Origin: Microbotryum violaceum
Taxonomy: Eukaryota
Length of the DNA: 64,000 bases
Assembly: GCA_001244265.2 (NCBI GenBank)
Contig: CDLV01000013.1
Location: forward strand, 248,001 to 312,000
Direction of reading: 5' to 3'
The translations under genes and the position numbers were made by a program. The notes under the pieces are model-generated. The model had not been told where the DNA came from. It did no database searches and saw only the letters and a program-made list of their open reading frames with translations. This document shows, in pieces, positions 39,509 to 51,958 of this stretch. Positions within the stretch are counted from its first letter, which is position 1, and every line of letters begins with the position of its first letter.

Positions 39509-42500
39509 TTACCACCCTCCTTGGCCTCCCTCCTGAGCATCTGACGGCGCGGACCACCCTTCCCCTGCACTCTTGGACTTTCCACCCTCGTCATTGTTGT
39601 TGTTCTCCTTCCTGTTTGCCCGTCCTCCCTCGGGAACAAGGGACGAGTTCCACCCTTCACCACGCTCAACTCCGCCCGAAGCGGTCTGATGGTGGTTTCC
39701 TCCACCTCGTCCGCCTCGTCCTCCACCTCGTCCTCGACCAGCACCTCGACCCCCCCGACCTCCCCTCTCGCCATGTCCACTGGTACCAGTCGTCGGCGCA
39801 CCTGCTGCCGCTGACTCAGACGACGAAGCCTCTCCACCGCCCGATGCAGCACCAGAAGCGACAGGCGTGGCAGGAGCAGCCGTCGACGACTCGTTGTTCG
39901 ACTCCTTCTCCTTGGCCCCATTCCCACTCGAGCTCGAATGCTGTCCACCACCGCCGGACTTGTGTCCTGCCTGACCACCTCGAGAATGTCGACCCCCTCG
40001 TTCACTCCTCCCATTATGTCCTCCTCGTCCACCTCCCGATGCCGAAGGTGTCGTCGGTGTCGAAGAAGCTCCCTCCTCCTTCCCAGCCGTGGCACTCGTC
40101 GCCTCGATCTTCTTGTCCGCTGCTCGATCACCATCCTTGGCCACTCCCGAAGCAGGTACCTTCGACTCGTTCGTGTTGTTGGACCCATTTGACGCCGCCG
40201 CCGTCTCATTCCTTTCCTTCCTCTCCCCTCGGAACCCACCCTCTGGTCCAGTTCGTTCTCCACCACTACTCCAACTTCCGTTCGAACGACCCACGACGGC
40301 CCCACCTCGACCCGAAGCCGTTCGACCATTGGGACCGAACCCACCTCGGCCGCCTCGCTCACCATAGCCTCCCCGTCCTCCTCGGTGAGCACCGGGTCCG
40401 CCGGGCGAAGGGTCCGTAGGGGGGGCGACGTTGGGGTTCGTCGAGGCGGCAGGTGCCGAAGGAGCAGTTAAGGGAGCTTGGGCTGGGACCGAGGTCGTCT
40501 CGACTTTAGTCTCAGCCGATTTGGGTGCGGTTGTCGAAGCATTCTGAGTCGAGGAGATTTGAGCACCCGAAGATTCAAGGGCGGCGGCGGCGGGAGCACT
40601 AGGTGCGGGTTTGTTTTGTCGGTACGCAAAGTTGAAGCCCTGGCTTCGCATTTCACTACCGATCCGACCATCCACAATGTCAAGAAGGAGTGAGCCGTAC
40701 GCCGCATCGGGGAGGTTCCAGTTCCAGCAATTCTTCCATGCCGTCTCCTCGGTCGCGTTCGTCGTCCCGGCGGCTCCGGCGGGACCACTGGGAGCGCCCG
40801 AGCTGGGTACTCGGTTGGCAACAGCGAGAGCGTTGTTGAGCAAGACACGTTGATTTTGACTGTCAGGAAGCAAAATATGCTTCATCAGTCCTGCTGTTTC
40901 GTGCCCAAATGGGAGCCTTTTCGAAAACTCACTCGACAACACTTTCGACCTGACTCTTGACGGTGTCCCAAATTTCGTTGAAATCCTTCTTGGCGTATTC
41001 CAACTTGAGCTTGTACGCCTCTGGATCATGCTGGACGCTGAACTCGTTGTACGAAACGCCGTAGCGGAAGTGCAGACCGGCCGAGACGGTCAAGTCGGCC
41101 TTGAGCACGAGAGCAAGTTGAGCCAAGAGCCCTTCCCTCCCGGGCGAGGCGTGAGAGACCAGCAGTCGAGTCTCGGTCGCGTCGTATACTTTTTGTGCCG
41201 TGTCGACGAGCTCGCCGACCTGCAGGACCGTGGTCCACATCGTGCCACCTCCACCGGCGATGGTCGCGTTGCCCGTGCCGTTGTCGAACAGCTTGTGCGA
41301 GACGACGGCACCGCCGAGACCGAAGAGACGGAGACGGACACCACCGATGAGCAGGACGCGCGTCGTTGCTTCGTCCAAAACGGTCAAGTTCGGGATCGAG
41401 TAGCCGTAGGTCGTGGTGAGGTTGGACCTCCCTGCTGGTCCTTCACCTGCACCGGTCGCGGCCTGTAGCTCCTCGGCCGAAGCGGGGACGTTGAGGAACG
41501 AAGGTGCGGCAATTCGGATCTTCTCCAGGACAGCGACATCCTCGCACGCTCCCCACACGGTGTAGACGGGCACACGCAACTTGATTTCGCCGGCCAACAA
41601 TTTGGGGAAGTCGGACAGACCAAAGTAGGACGGGTCGTCGACGGTCGGCCCCGGTGCGCCACCTGGCAGCTTGAGCGGCGGCGAGGCTAGCATCTCGCGC
41701 ATTTGGGCCGGTTGTACGTTAGGGGCGAGCAGCGCCGATCGAAAGGCTGGGGAAATGAGGGAAGAGTACTGCACGAGGTGTCGGAGCGTGCGGTCCGAGA
41801 TGGAGGGGAGCGAGGAGGGTTCTATCAAAAGGGAACCGAGGGAACGCGGAGGGGGTTACGCCATTCAGAAGCAAAGCATCAGTAGCCGTTCTCCCGTCCA
41901 GTCTAGTTTCAGAATACGGCATGTCGCACTGACCATAGAAGCCAAAGTCGCCGCTGTGGATGATGGCGACCGCGGAATGCTCGGCCGCAAATTTGTTGAG
42001 CGTCGATAGAGCACCTGACGGTGCACGAGAAGATATCGTTTTGTCAGCAAGCAATTTTATATGTGAGTGATTGTTCAGAGTGTATGGCGGGTGTGTGCGT
42101 CGAACAAGGGCCGCTTTAGGAGCCACCATGAATGGGCAGTCGACCGATTGGTGCGCGGGCACGGCGCCGCAAATAACCACGGGGATGCGCTGAGCAATCG
42201 GACCCCACCACAGAAGCATGCACCGTGTACGGAGCTGAAGAGGGTATACTATTTCCTGCTCGATCTGTCCCGCGTATGAGGTGGCGATGGCGATGGCGAC
42301 GGAGCGACGGAACGAGGACTAGTGCGAGGACGAGTGGAGCTTTCGACTTCCTTCTCCGTGCTCAGTCATCATGCATCTGTGCCAACACTATGCTGCCAGC
42401 CTAAAGATCGACTAGGTCTATAGGAACAGTGTGCATCCATCCGTTCACGATTGTGGCTGAGGGCTGAATCGGCGCAATCTGCGGGTGGTGGGTGCGGTGG

Positions 42501-42741
42501 GTGGGCGCACGGTCCTCTCTGGTCTGGGTCGATCCGCGTGGGTTCCCTTTCTACCCAGACGACGGGTTCAACGGGCTGGGACGAAGAGCATTGGGAGCTC
42601 ACCTCGGATGTCGGACACGCATAGTATCTTGCCCCCCTGGGTGTTGATGACGTCGACGCGGGTCGAGTGGGTGTCGACGCCGTGCTGCTGACCGCTATGG
42701 CCATTCGCTGCTGAGGACGCGGGCGCTGCGGGGGACGCCAT
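39509..42741 (-). CDS. Fungal DUF2433-like protein with metallophosphoesterase-like fold and RGG-rich tail, multi-exon
   Basis: KILCVSDIRG; IIHSGDFGFY; VPVYTVWGACED; LRLFGLGGA; SHASPGREGLL; SAGLHFRYG; WNWNLPDAAYG; C-terminal RGG repeats. Confidence 0.8.
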
Positions 42742-43341
42742 TTGGGACAAAGTGATGAGAAGTCGTTCAGGTGCAGTCGGCAATCGAAGGTGAGTCGATC
42801 TGATGAGGTGAGGCGAGCGAGTGAGAGAGGAGAAGGAGCACGCGCGCACACGAAGAAGGTCGAGACGGGCGTACTGAATAGAAAAAGGGGTCGCCACGGT
42901 CACTACTAGTAATCTGCCACGCTCGCAAAGACTAGCGAGATTTGGTGCGACCTAGGTTTTCCGGGTCCACGAGCCGAGAGAGGAACTTTGGCTGGCACGA
43001 GTGCAGCGCCCAAAATTAAGATTACTAGCACTTCGATTTTTCACGTGCCGAGTCTGACCAGAGATTCATCGGTACCCGTTAGCACTTGTAGCTGCAGTGG
43101 TTCTCAGCCTCCCACTAGGAGGGCCGAGGCCATGCGTTCGACGGCCGGGCTGTGTCCGACGTCGACTCACGCGGCGACTTGAACGACGTGAGCTCATCCA
43201 GCAGGGTCCAGCTGCCGCGTCCGACCCCACCGCCGTCCGCTGGCCACTAGGTGCCCGCTACGACACAAGCACGCCCCATCGAAGCCAGATGATCCGACTC
43301 GCCTCAGTATAGGTGCTCCATCAGTACCACGTGAAACCACT

Positions 43342-45545
43342 ATGATGTCGGCCTCTCCCAGCGAGGTCGACACCTTACATCCGACCCCTTTCTTTCGAAC
43401 TCGTCAGCGGCAACGACAACATCCTCACTCCTCTGATCCATCTTCAGCTGCTCAGCGTGCAACAGGGACCACTTCATCCACGAGTGACTCTGAGTCGTCA
43501 TCAGACTCAGACTCGGGCTCAGAGTCCACGCTCGACAGTGAGACGCCGACAGCGTCGGCCAACAGGCACGACAATGTACATCGATCGCCGCGATCCTCTC
43601 TTCTGCACGGTCGAGCAGAAGAAATCAAGGACGAAACCGAATCTGGCTCCGACCGATCTAGTGACGAAGATGGCAATTCGACCTCGACCGAGGACGAGAT
43701 TTCGCTCCCCGGCGCATGGACTTCGGCTCTCAAACCTCCTCGGCGATTGAGGGGCTTCGCCTCGGCGAGAGCGAGCACCATTGTCGCCCAGCCTCCGACC
43801 GTGAGCAACATCAAGGCCGGTAGCATACAAGCCTCGCGCGCACATCTGCGGCTTTCATTGGCCCTGATCAGGGTCCGTCAGGCGATTGCCTCCTCTTCTT
43901 TCGATGCGCTAGCCACGGCCCTGAGATCGCTTGCCACGGTTCTCACCCCTTCCTCGATCGAAGGATTGGGTGTCTTCTTGCCCATACTCGGTCGACTCGC
44001 TTGCGATCTCGAGCAGTGCGTATCAGGTGACGACAAGGGCAAGGCTTTCCGGAAGGAACTCTCTTCTCAGGACGCCAAGGCCTTGATCGCACTGAGGCAG
44101 CGATGGGCAGTTTCCGATGTCGCGAGGTCGAAAACCACCGATGTGGAGCACGACTGGGCCTCGCAGATTAGAGTTCTGGTAGAACAGGTACGCGCCGTAC
44201 TATCCGTACCTCGCACATGCCCATTCTAACACTCCCAATTATTCCCTTCTTCCAGCATCCAGTAGCGGCCCCTACTTGCCTCTCTCGGCCGTACGACCGA
44301 CGAACCGCCGCGGCCCTCATGGCACTCGAGTCTCTTCTATTGCCTTCGTCTCTCCCCCGCATCAAACTTTCGAACCTGGGTATGACGACGGATCAATTGG
44401 GTTCGCTCGACACCTTCAACCAGGCTGAGCATGTCCTCGAATGGTACCTCTCGTTCCATCCGAGCCGGGAGACGAAACCGACGGCCAGGAGCATCCTCGA
44501 TACCGTGACGAGTCTTGATTTGTCCAAGAACCTGCTCGATAGTAAGCGTTGAACACTGAAACGATCGGCTCCTGAAGATAAACCTCAAGCCCAAGTTTGC
44601 TTGGCATTCCCCGCAGATTGGCCATCGACCATGCATCTTCTCCTGCCGAATCTCGAGACGTTGACCATTTCCAACAACCTCTTCCAGCACATCCCGTCGA
44701 CGATTGTGCTTTTTGTTTCACTTCGACGGCTGCGTCGCCATGGCAATCGATTGGTCAAAATGTCTCGATCGTCCAGGCGCAATAAAGGGTCCGCAGCTAC
44801 CGCATGCGGAGGAACATGTAGCAACACCAAGCAACTCGTCGAGACGATACTGACACGCCGACGTCCGAGGGAGAAGGACGCTCTTGAACGTGGAGAACCA
44901 TCCTCTGTTCCTTCGCTCGTCTCGACGTCGATTCAACTACTCCATCTTCACCTCCCAGCCTTCGATTCCGAAGCTTCCAAAGCCCTGTTCTCGAGCATCC
45001 CACCTCATCTCACCGAGGCGGTTCGGGATTCGTACGAATGCGCATCCTGCCATCGTTTCCTCACGCCTCTGATCCAAGATGCCGCCGACCACCTCCCGCC
45101 TTTCTACGAAATGGTTCACCATCTCGACCCAGGAGTCTCTATCCCCTCCCAGCAACCGACCGTACCGCGACCCTCACCGGATGGATTCCTCACACCAGCT
45201 CCAAGTCGGCCCTTGACCCCTTCAACAGCGTCAGCTCGTTACCTCTTGACTTTGGAAGAGAGGGTACTATTGGCTCTACACGCGCGGAGTTCAGACAAGT
45301 TGCAAACGATCGTCATCGGGGACTCAAAGAGGCATCGCTTCTGCTACGATTGTGGGGCGAGACATCTCGGCGTCGATGATTTTAGGGAAGTGGGCATGTT
45401 GGATTCCAGTGCTGGGAAGAGGTGTGAGTGCGAAATTTGCAAGGAAGAGAGGAGGTTCAAGGGGGAGGGAGCCAGAACAGGTCAGGCGGTCGTTATGCGT
45501 TGGCTGAGAAGGAAGGCTCCGAGATCGCTTGTGGTGTCCTTTTGA
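43342..45545 (+). CDS. Leucine-rich-repeat protein with eIF3c-N-like helical domain and Cys-rich C-terminus
   Basis: LRRs VTSLDLSKNLL, LETLTISNNLFQHIP, LRRLRRHGNRL; VPSLVSTS...IPPHL...CASC; FCYDC; CECEIC; introns near 44188-44254 and 44542-44616. Confidence 0.75.
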
Positions 45546-45635
45546 TCTTTTGATTCGTCTATTTTTTCCATATAGAGCGTGAGAGCGCGCTTTTTTGAAT
45601 ACTACACCTGTTGTTGTTACTACGCTCCACGTCCA

Positions 45636-47091
45636 TCAATCGATCCAGACAGCCGTCGCAGCCGGTGCCTTCCCGTCCAGTTGGACCCTAGCCACCTCCT
45701 TCAACTCCTCCCCATTCCAACTCAGAACCATCACCAGGCCCTCCTCCGAATCCGTCAAGGCCAGATAATCCTTCCCTTCCACTCCCTCCGAAGTCGATGC
45801 CCAAGGAGCTGGCTCGATCGCATTGGCCCAACCACCCGAGGTAGGAGTTTGCAACATCGCCAAAGGTTCGGGGGAAGCAAAGAGGCCCGAAGGGAGCAGT
45901 TTGAACACGGCGACGTAGCCCAAGGTTGAGGGCTCGAGACCACGTGTAGAAGCGTAAAGGTAGGAAGGGGTCGAAGAGGAGTTGGATGGGGAGAGTCGGA
46001 CTTCGTCAGCCCAGAAGAGGGTGGGGGAGAGGTCTGTGTAAGGATCGGATGGACACTGCGGTTGTCAATATCGAGTCGAGAGCTGAATTTTGTCTGAACT
46101 GGTTGCTCCCGCGCTGCGTACCCTTCGGGATGATCTTGACGCCGTCTTTCCAGTCAAGTTTCTCTTGGTCCGACACCTGCACCGAGGTGTCAATAAAGGG
46201 CGTCAATAACGCATGAGTGTATGGATGTATATTCCACTTCGTGGCACTCACCTCAAAGACGTCGACCATGGACGTATGCTCCTGCAATGAATAAACGCAG
46301 TGTCCATTTGGATGAGGGGTGACGTGCCGCGGCCCGTCGGTAGGGCGAGGTGCGATGTTCTTATCCGTCAAAACTAGTTTCCCATCGTCTTGTACCGAGT
46401 ACATAAAGATGCAATTCCTCCCACTGGTATGAACAGAGCGTCGCTCGAGCGGAGCAATCAGAACGCGAGAACCGATGCTGACATGTCATGTACGCCGATA
46501 CTGACATGTCTGCAATGTAAAGCCTCTTTCCATCCAAACTTAAGTCCGCCGAATGAGCCCCATGTCTCAACCCTCCGAAATCCATCACACCCCCATCATC
46601 CTGTTGGCCTTTCGCATCCACGAAATTCAGCGCTTGCAAAGGTCGCTTCGTGCTCGAATCGAAGCCTCCGGTCTCGGGATCGATTTTGAAGACTTCGCCT
46701 GTAGGTCCTCCGGCTGAATAGACAGCGATGCTGGAGTTGCAACAGTATCCTGAACGGGCTTTGGTTTCCACGCTGTTGATATGTTCGAGGACAGGTACGT
46801 GGGTTTCGTTGCGAACGACCCGATAGGAGGCGAGTCCGGGAGGCGTCGTCCATGCCGTTGCATACAGCCGAGTGAGATCGGCCTGTTCGACCCATGAGCG
46901 AATCCATTCGGTCAGCTTCCGTTTCAGCATCAGTGGTCCAAACTCCCACTCACGTTCAAGGAAAGCCACGAATGAGCGCCCGTCGCCTTGCTCTGACCCG
47001 CGACTCGAAGCGAGCCATCTGCGTCATCGAAGGCGAGGGTGAAGACTACGGGGGTAGAAAATGTGCCGACCAAGAAATGATGGGGTGCCAT
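45636..47091 (-). CDS. Muconate cycloisomerase 1 (fungal beta-propeller lactonizing enzyme, Trichosporon MLE type), multi-exon
   Basis: FLVGTFSTPVVFTLAFD; ATGAHSWL; DFGGLRHGAHSADLS; IGRNC; DGPRHVTPHPNG...YSLQEH; FWADEVRLS; TSGGWANAI; ATAVWID*. Confidence 0.88.
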
Positions 47092-48019
47092 GATGTTGGG
47101 GGTCGGAGCACAGGGGTGGAGCAGTTCGGGATAGTGAGGAGCAAAAGCCCAACCCGACTCGGACGCGGTGAGCCCCACACACGCGATTCTCGGCTGGCAG
47201 TTTCCGTTTCGGCGCAGGCTTAACGATGGACTTGGGACATTGCCGAGCAGAGCAGACTCTCGACATTGAAAAAAGTGAGATTGTTGTATTCTGATTTGTA
47301 GCACATTTTAAAGTCGCACCGAAGGCTCTCCGGAGCCGTCACCCAAGATCCGGTTCGGGTGCATCATCCCCGACCTCACGTGACTTCGGGGGTCGCATCT
47401 CGCCTTTCGGCGCTCTATGCCGAATGGTGGTATGTATCAGCTCGGAAACTAGAACCGGTAGTTTTGAGGGACTTTCCGCACTACAATGCTGTGCCCTATG
47501 TCCCGGGCCGCGGTGCACAGCAACCGAAGCCTCAACTCCGCCGGCATCACCAGCGAAGACCGGGCGCGCCGCCGGAATTCCGTGCGATCTCACGGCCGGG
47601 TCGCCCGGGAGGGGGGCTTTCGGCGCCCGCTGTTATTAGTCTTGCCGGCTCCTTCGGCACAGATGCACGGCACGACCGGCGGCGGCACGAGGTACTTTTT
47701 CTCTCTCCACACTCCCACCCACTAGCCTACACTACTCAAGTCCAAGCCTTCCGCTCCACTGAGATCGTGGACGGCCAAATTTGACATATCATTTTCGGAC
47801 CCCGTCGTCGACTCTCGGTCATCACACATCACCACCGCCAGCTTGCACCGCTGCCTCTCCATTTGGCATTCTAGGTTAGCAGACATGACGAACACACCAA
47901 CATTGATCGACTCGGAGCCGTTATCATTGACCGAGTCCCACCTCTCGATCGAGGCAACGAGGGCCTCGTTGCAACCGAGTCAAAGTCGCGCCGGTCGTGT
48001 GCTGCCGAGTTTCCAGGCG

Positions 48020-50378
48020 ATGTCATCGTCGCCTTGCGCAGCGGCTGCATATGCGCACGGGGCCCCTGCTACCGCGCCCGGAGGTACATCCGGTGCACGC
48101 ACAAGTACCACAGGATCCGAGCCACGTCGACCATCAACGGGCCCCAGTATCGACAGTCATGACACCCTGGTGCACGAGTCCGACAACTTAGTGAACTCGG
48201 CACGCGATCCGAAGGACGCCGACGCGCCGTCTTCAAGTGATCGACGCGTGTCGTCGGACTCCGCACGAACCGTTAAGCTGAAGCCGGACGAGGACCTCGA
48301 GAAGGGCAAAGTTGGCGCAATCGTCGGTGAGCCGGTGGAGAAACCGCCCTTGACCGATGACGGACGAGTAATCACCGTCGTAGACTGGGAAGGACCTGAT
48401 GACCCCGCTTTTCCGTGAGTACCGGAGCGCGCGTCTGGCGTCGCACACCTTTGAAGCCTCCTGTCCGCGGGGGGCTGTTCCGAGCGCGCGCTAGCAGTAC
48501 CTGACCCCGACGGAGACGGCTCACTTTGCAGTAAAAACTGGTCGAACAAACGGCGGATGGGAGCCACTATGATCGTGGCGAGCTTCACTTTCCTGTCGCC
48601 CATGTCGAGCACCATGATCGCGCCCGCAACGGGGCAGATCGCTGAGAAGTTTGGCGTCACGAGCACGGTTGAGATCGCGTCTTTCACTTCCATTTTCGTG
48701 GCCGCATACGCCCTGGGTCCGCTTTTCCTCGGACCTGCGTCCGAGCTCTACGGTCGGGTTCCCGTTTTGCAGTCGGCGAATCTAATCTACCTCCTCTTCA
48801 ATCTCGTCTGCGCCTTCGCCAAGACCCCAACCCAGCTGCTCGTTTTCCGCTTCCTCGCTGGACTCGGCGGGTCGGCCCCACTCGGTATCGGTGCCGGTGT
48901 TCTTGGTGACTTATGGCGACCTGAAGAACGAGGCCGTGCTGCGTCCATGTATTCCCTCGGCCCGCTCCTTGGTCCTGCTGTTGGGCCGATCGCGGGAGCT
49001 TGGATCGCCGAAAAGTCCCGGTGGGAGTGGGTCTTTTGGTCGACGACGATCCTCTGCGTGGTGATTCAGGGTTTCGGACTCGTTTACCTCCGCGAAACAT
49101 ATCCGCCGCAAATTTTAAGGGACAAGGCCTCAAAGATCAAGAAGGAGCGAGGATTGCCGACCGATTCCCTCGAGGTGCAAACCATTTTCGAGATCAAGTC
49201 CGGAGGAAGTGGGAAACCGGTCAACGTCTTTAGACACAGCATGGTCATGCCTTTTAAACTGTTCTGGTCTGAACGTGAGTTGTTGATGACGTGCCTAGTC
49301 GTGGTTGGGACGAAATTGACCTCGGTAACACATTTTCTCGACAGATATCTTGCAACTCCTGGCCGTCTTTGGGGCTTTCATTTACGGGCTTATTTACATC
49401 ACGACCGTCACGACGACCGACATCTTCACGCAAGTTTACGGTGAAAGCGTTGGAATTGCAGGTCTGAACTTTATCTCTCAAGGTGAGTTTAAGTAGATGA
49501 CGGTGCACGGCCCGTCACTTTGCTGACATTCGCTGTGAGATTCCTGTCCGTCCTTTTCGCTTAGGTCTTGGCTTCTTGATCTGGGCTCAGACCCAAGGAC
49601 GCGTGCTCGATGTTGTCTACAGAAAGTTCAAGGAGAGGTACGGCGGGGAGGGCAAGCCCGAGTACCGACTACCCAGTGAGTCTCTTATGCGGCTCGAGCC
49701 ATGGCTCCAAGCAGTATAGCAGTAGCTTACCGTCTAATTAATTCCTGTAGTGATGGCTTTCGCTGTAACCTTGCTACCCCTCGGGCTTTTGCTCTACGGG
49801 TGGGGTGCCGAACATCGATTGCATTGGATCGTGCCGAATATTGGATTGGGTTTCATCGTACGTTCCTCGTTGCCTTTTGCCTGGCCCGCGGAACCCGTAA
49901 ACTGACCTATCGTGCATACATAAGGCCGCCGGTATGATCAGTGCCTTCCAGTGCATCAACATGTACTTGATTGATGCCTTTACATTGCATGCTGCGTCCG
50001 CCGTGGCAGCCGCAACCTGCCTTCGTTCGCTGTGCGGATTCGGTAGGTCATCTGCGGCTTTGCTGTCCGTCAAGAGAGACCCTCCAAGCTGATCGATGCT
50101 CAACTTTCGTGCACGAAGGTTTCCCGCTCTTCGCCCCGTCCCTGTTCAAGGCCTTGGGGTACGGCTGGGGGTGCACATTGCTCGCCGTAGTCGGAATTGT
50201 CATCGGTTGGCCGGCCGTAAGTCGCTCTTAGCCATACTTTCGATCCTCAATCTCACAACAATGTCTCTGACCCTCGCACCTCCCTCGTTAGGTCCCCATT
50301 CTGTTCTTTTACGGTGAGCGCATTCGAGCGTCGAGTAAATACGCAGCCAAAAGCAAAGTCAATCCGAACTACTCATAG
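48020..50378 (+). CDS. MFS drug:H+ antiporter (DHA1 family), multi-exon
   Basis: VVDWEGPDDP...NWS; ALGPLFLGPASELYGR; FRFLAGLGGSAPL; GPLLGPAVGPIAG; RETY; GKPEYRLP; YLIDAF...AASAVAA; LGYGWG. Confidence 0.93.
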
Positions 50379-50894
50379 CACTTGAAGACCGGTGGAAATG
50401 TAGTGCAAATTGAAGTGAATAATTGTTGTATATTATATTTCACTCTGGTCATCCGTGAGGCCCATTCGGCATTTCAAGGTGAGACAACCCGGTGTCATGC
50501 AGTGTTCGATCTTGCCGAACCAAACGGACTTGAAGCAGTCAACTTGTTGTCTGCTCCAAAGTTGATGCAGATGTGAACTCGCATTTCGACAATTCACCTA
50601 TCACTCTCTGCAAAGACTCTCTGTCAAGGAAGATCTGAAGTTGCGACTGGTCATGATGGCCTTCAGGACGGGTACTTTGACTCGGATGCGAAATCCAGGC
50701 CGGGGATGAACTGGAACTAGTTGCGCCAGTTAAAGATGCGTAGCAGGTCATGAGCATCGCCGAAGTTTTTTTTCTTCTTCCGCGTAGCCGTGGGGCGTCG
50801 TCACGGAAGCTGTGGAGATGAACACGGGGTAGCTATAGTTGAAGTATCTTGAGAAGCCGGCGGAACGGCCGGCGTCGACTCTGTGCGCACGAGC

Positions 50895-51075
50895 CAGATC
50901 GGCAGGTCCGTTAACCCAGCCAGATGAGCTCCCCCGCGCGGGCGAGTAAAGGCAGCTTTTCTGTTTTTTTGGCCCGGTTGGAGGTTGGTACAGGTCGGGT
51001 GTACCAATGCCCTCCCCACCCCGTCCCACCCCGGCTCAGTGCCCCCTAAATGGTCATAAGTAATAAGGGGCTACT
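50895..51075 (+). repeat. Left terminal/subterminal inverted repeat of the KDZ element
   Basis: Blocks CCGCGCG-GGCGAGT-AGCTTTT-TTTGGCCC-AGGTTGGTAC-GGTG-CCA-TGCC-ACCC-TGGTCA-GCTACT occur in the same order in the reverse complement of 57881-58013. Confidence 0.8.
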
Positions 51076-51958
51076 AGTTCGTGTAAGACTCACCATCAGC
51101 ACGAATAACACTTTCCGAAGACTCGTAAGTTCGAATTATGTCATAAATGTCATACAGCTTGTCGTACTCAGTCCATTCAATTCGTGTAGTTCCATATACC
51201 ATCAACTGATATGTGTATGACAGATCCTGTGTAGACCTTTTCGTCCTGTTTTCTTATATTTGTTAATTTGGATACGACCGAGGGAGTACACACCGTGTTT
51301 ATTGGGCCCGAGAGAGGGATCGGTCCTGGTACGCACCTGGTCCCTGGAATCCTGGGATCGGTCCTCGGGCAGACAAACGCTTATTCTGAACGGTGTGCAC
51401 TGTGTATAGAAAATGGCTAGTGAAGCCGCTTCGGACGGTAGACGTGGGTCCAGCGGCAATTAGTCCTGCATCAATTTCTCGAGAGTAATTAATTGAAGAG
51501 GCAAAATTGAGGCAGGGCTGTGCGGCCGCACGCGGAGCTCAGATTGGCGAGCGCTCTGCGTTAACACTTTGACCTCTGCGCACTCACGTCAACGCGACAA
51601 CGCGCACCCTTGACCCACGCCACGCCCCGCGTCTCAATACATTGAAATCTCCCCGCGCCTGTTGAACAAACATCGATGCTATTGCCGTCTGGAGGTATGT
51701 GGACGCGTTTCCCCGCCTCACATCTCCCTCCTCATGGGCCTAATTGTGTTGCTCCACCATGACGCGACCGTCAGACATACGCGCGGGATCTAGGGAAGGT
51801 TCTCCAGCAGAGTCTATTTCCTTTGGCGCTCATCCGAGTGAATGCTCTTGTCTGGTGTGTCAACTGAGATCCCTTGTAGCAGGGCTGAGATCAGAGTGCC
51901 AGTCATCAACCTCATCCTTCTATCTACTCAATCCTGACGGACAGCTGAAGAATTCTCT

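Noticed and set aside
42178-42230. GGGG..GCTGAG..ACCCC resembling the start of a TPP riboswitch
   Set aside because: Antisense to the host gene, lacks the downstream ACCTGAT/GCGNAGG core, and the host is not a thiamine gene
30358-50378. Secondary-metabolite cluster (ARO2, RTA1, GST, MLE, MFS)
   Set aside because: No backbone synthase or cluster transcription factor; interleaved with unrelated housekeeping genes
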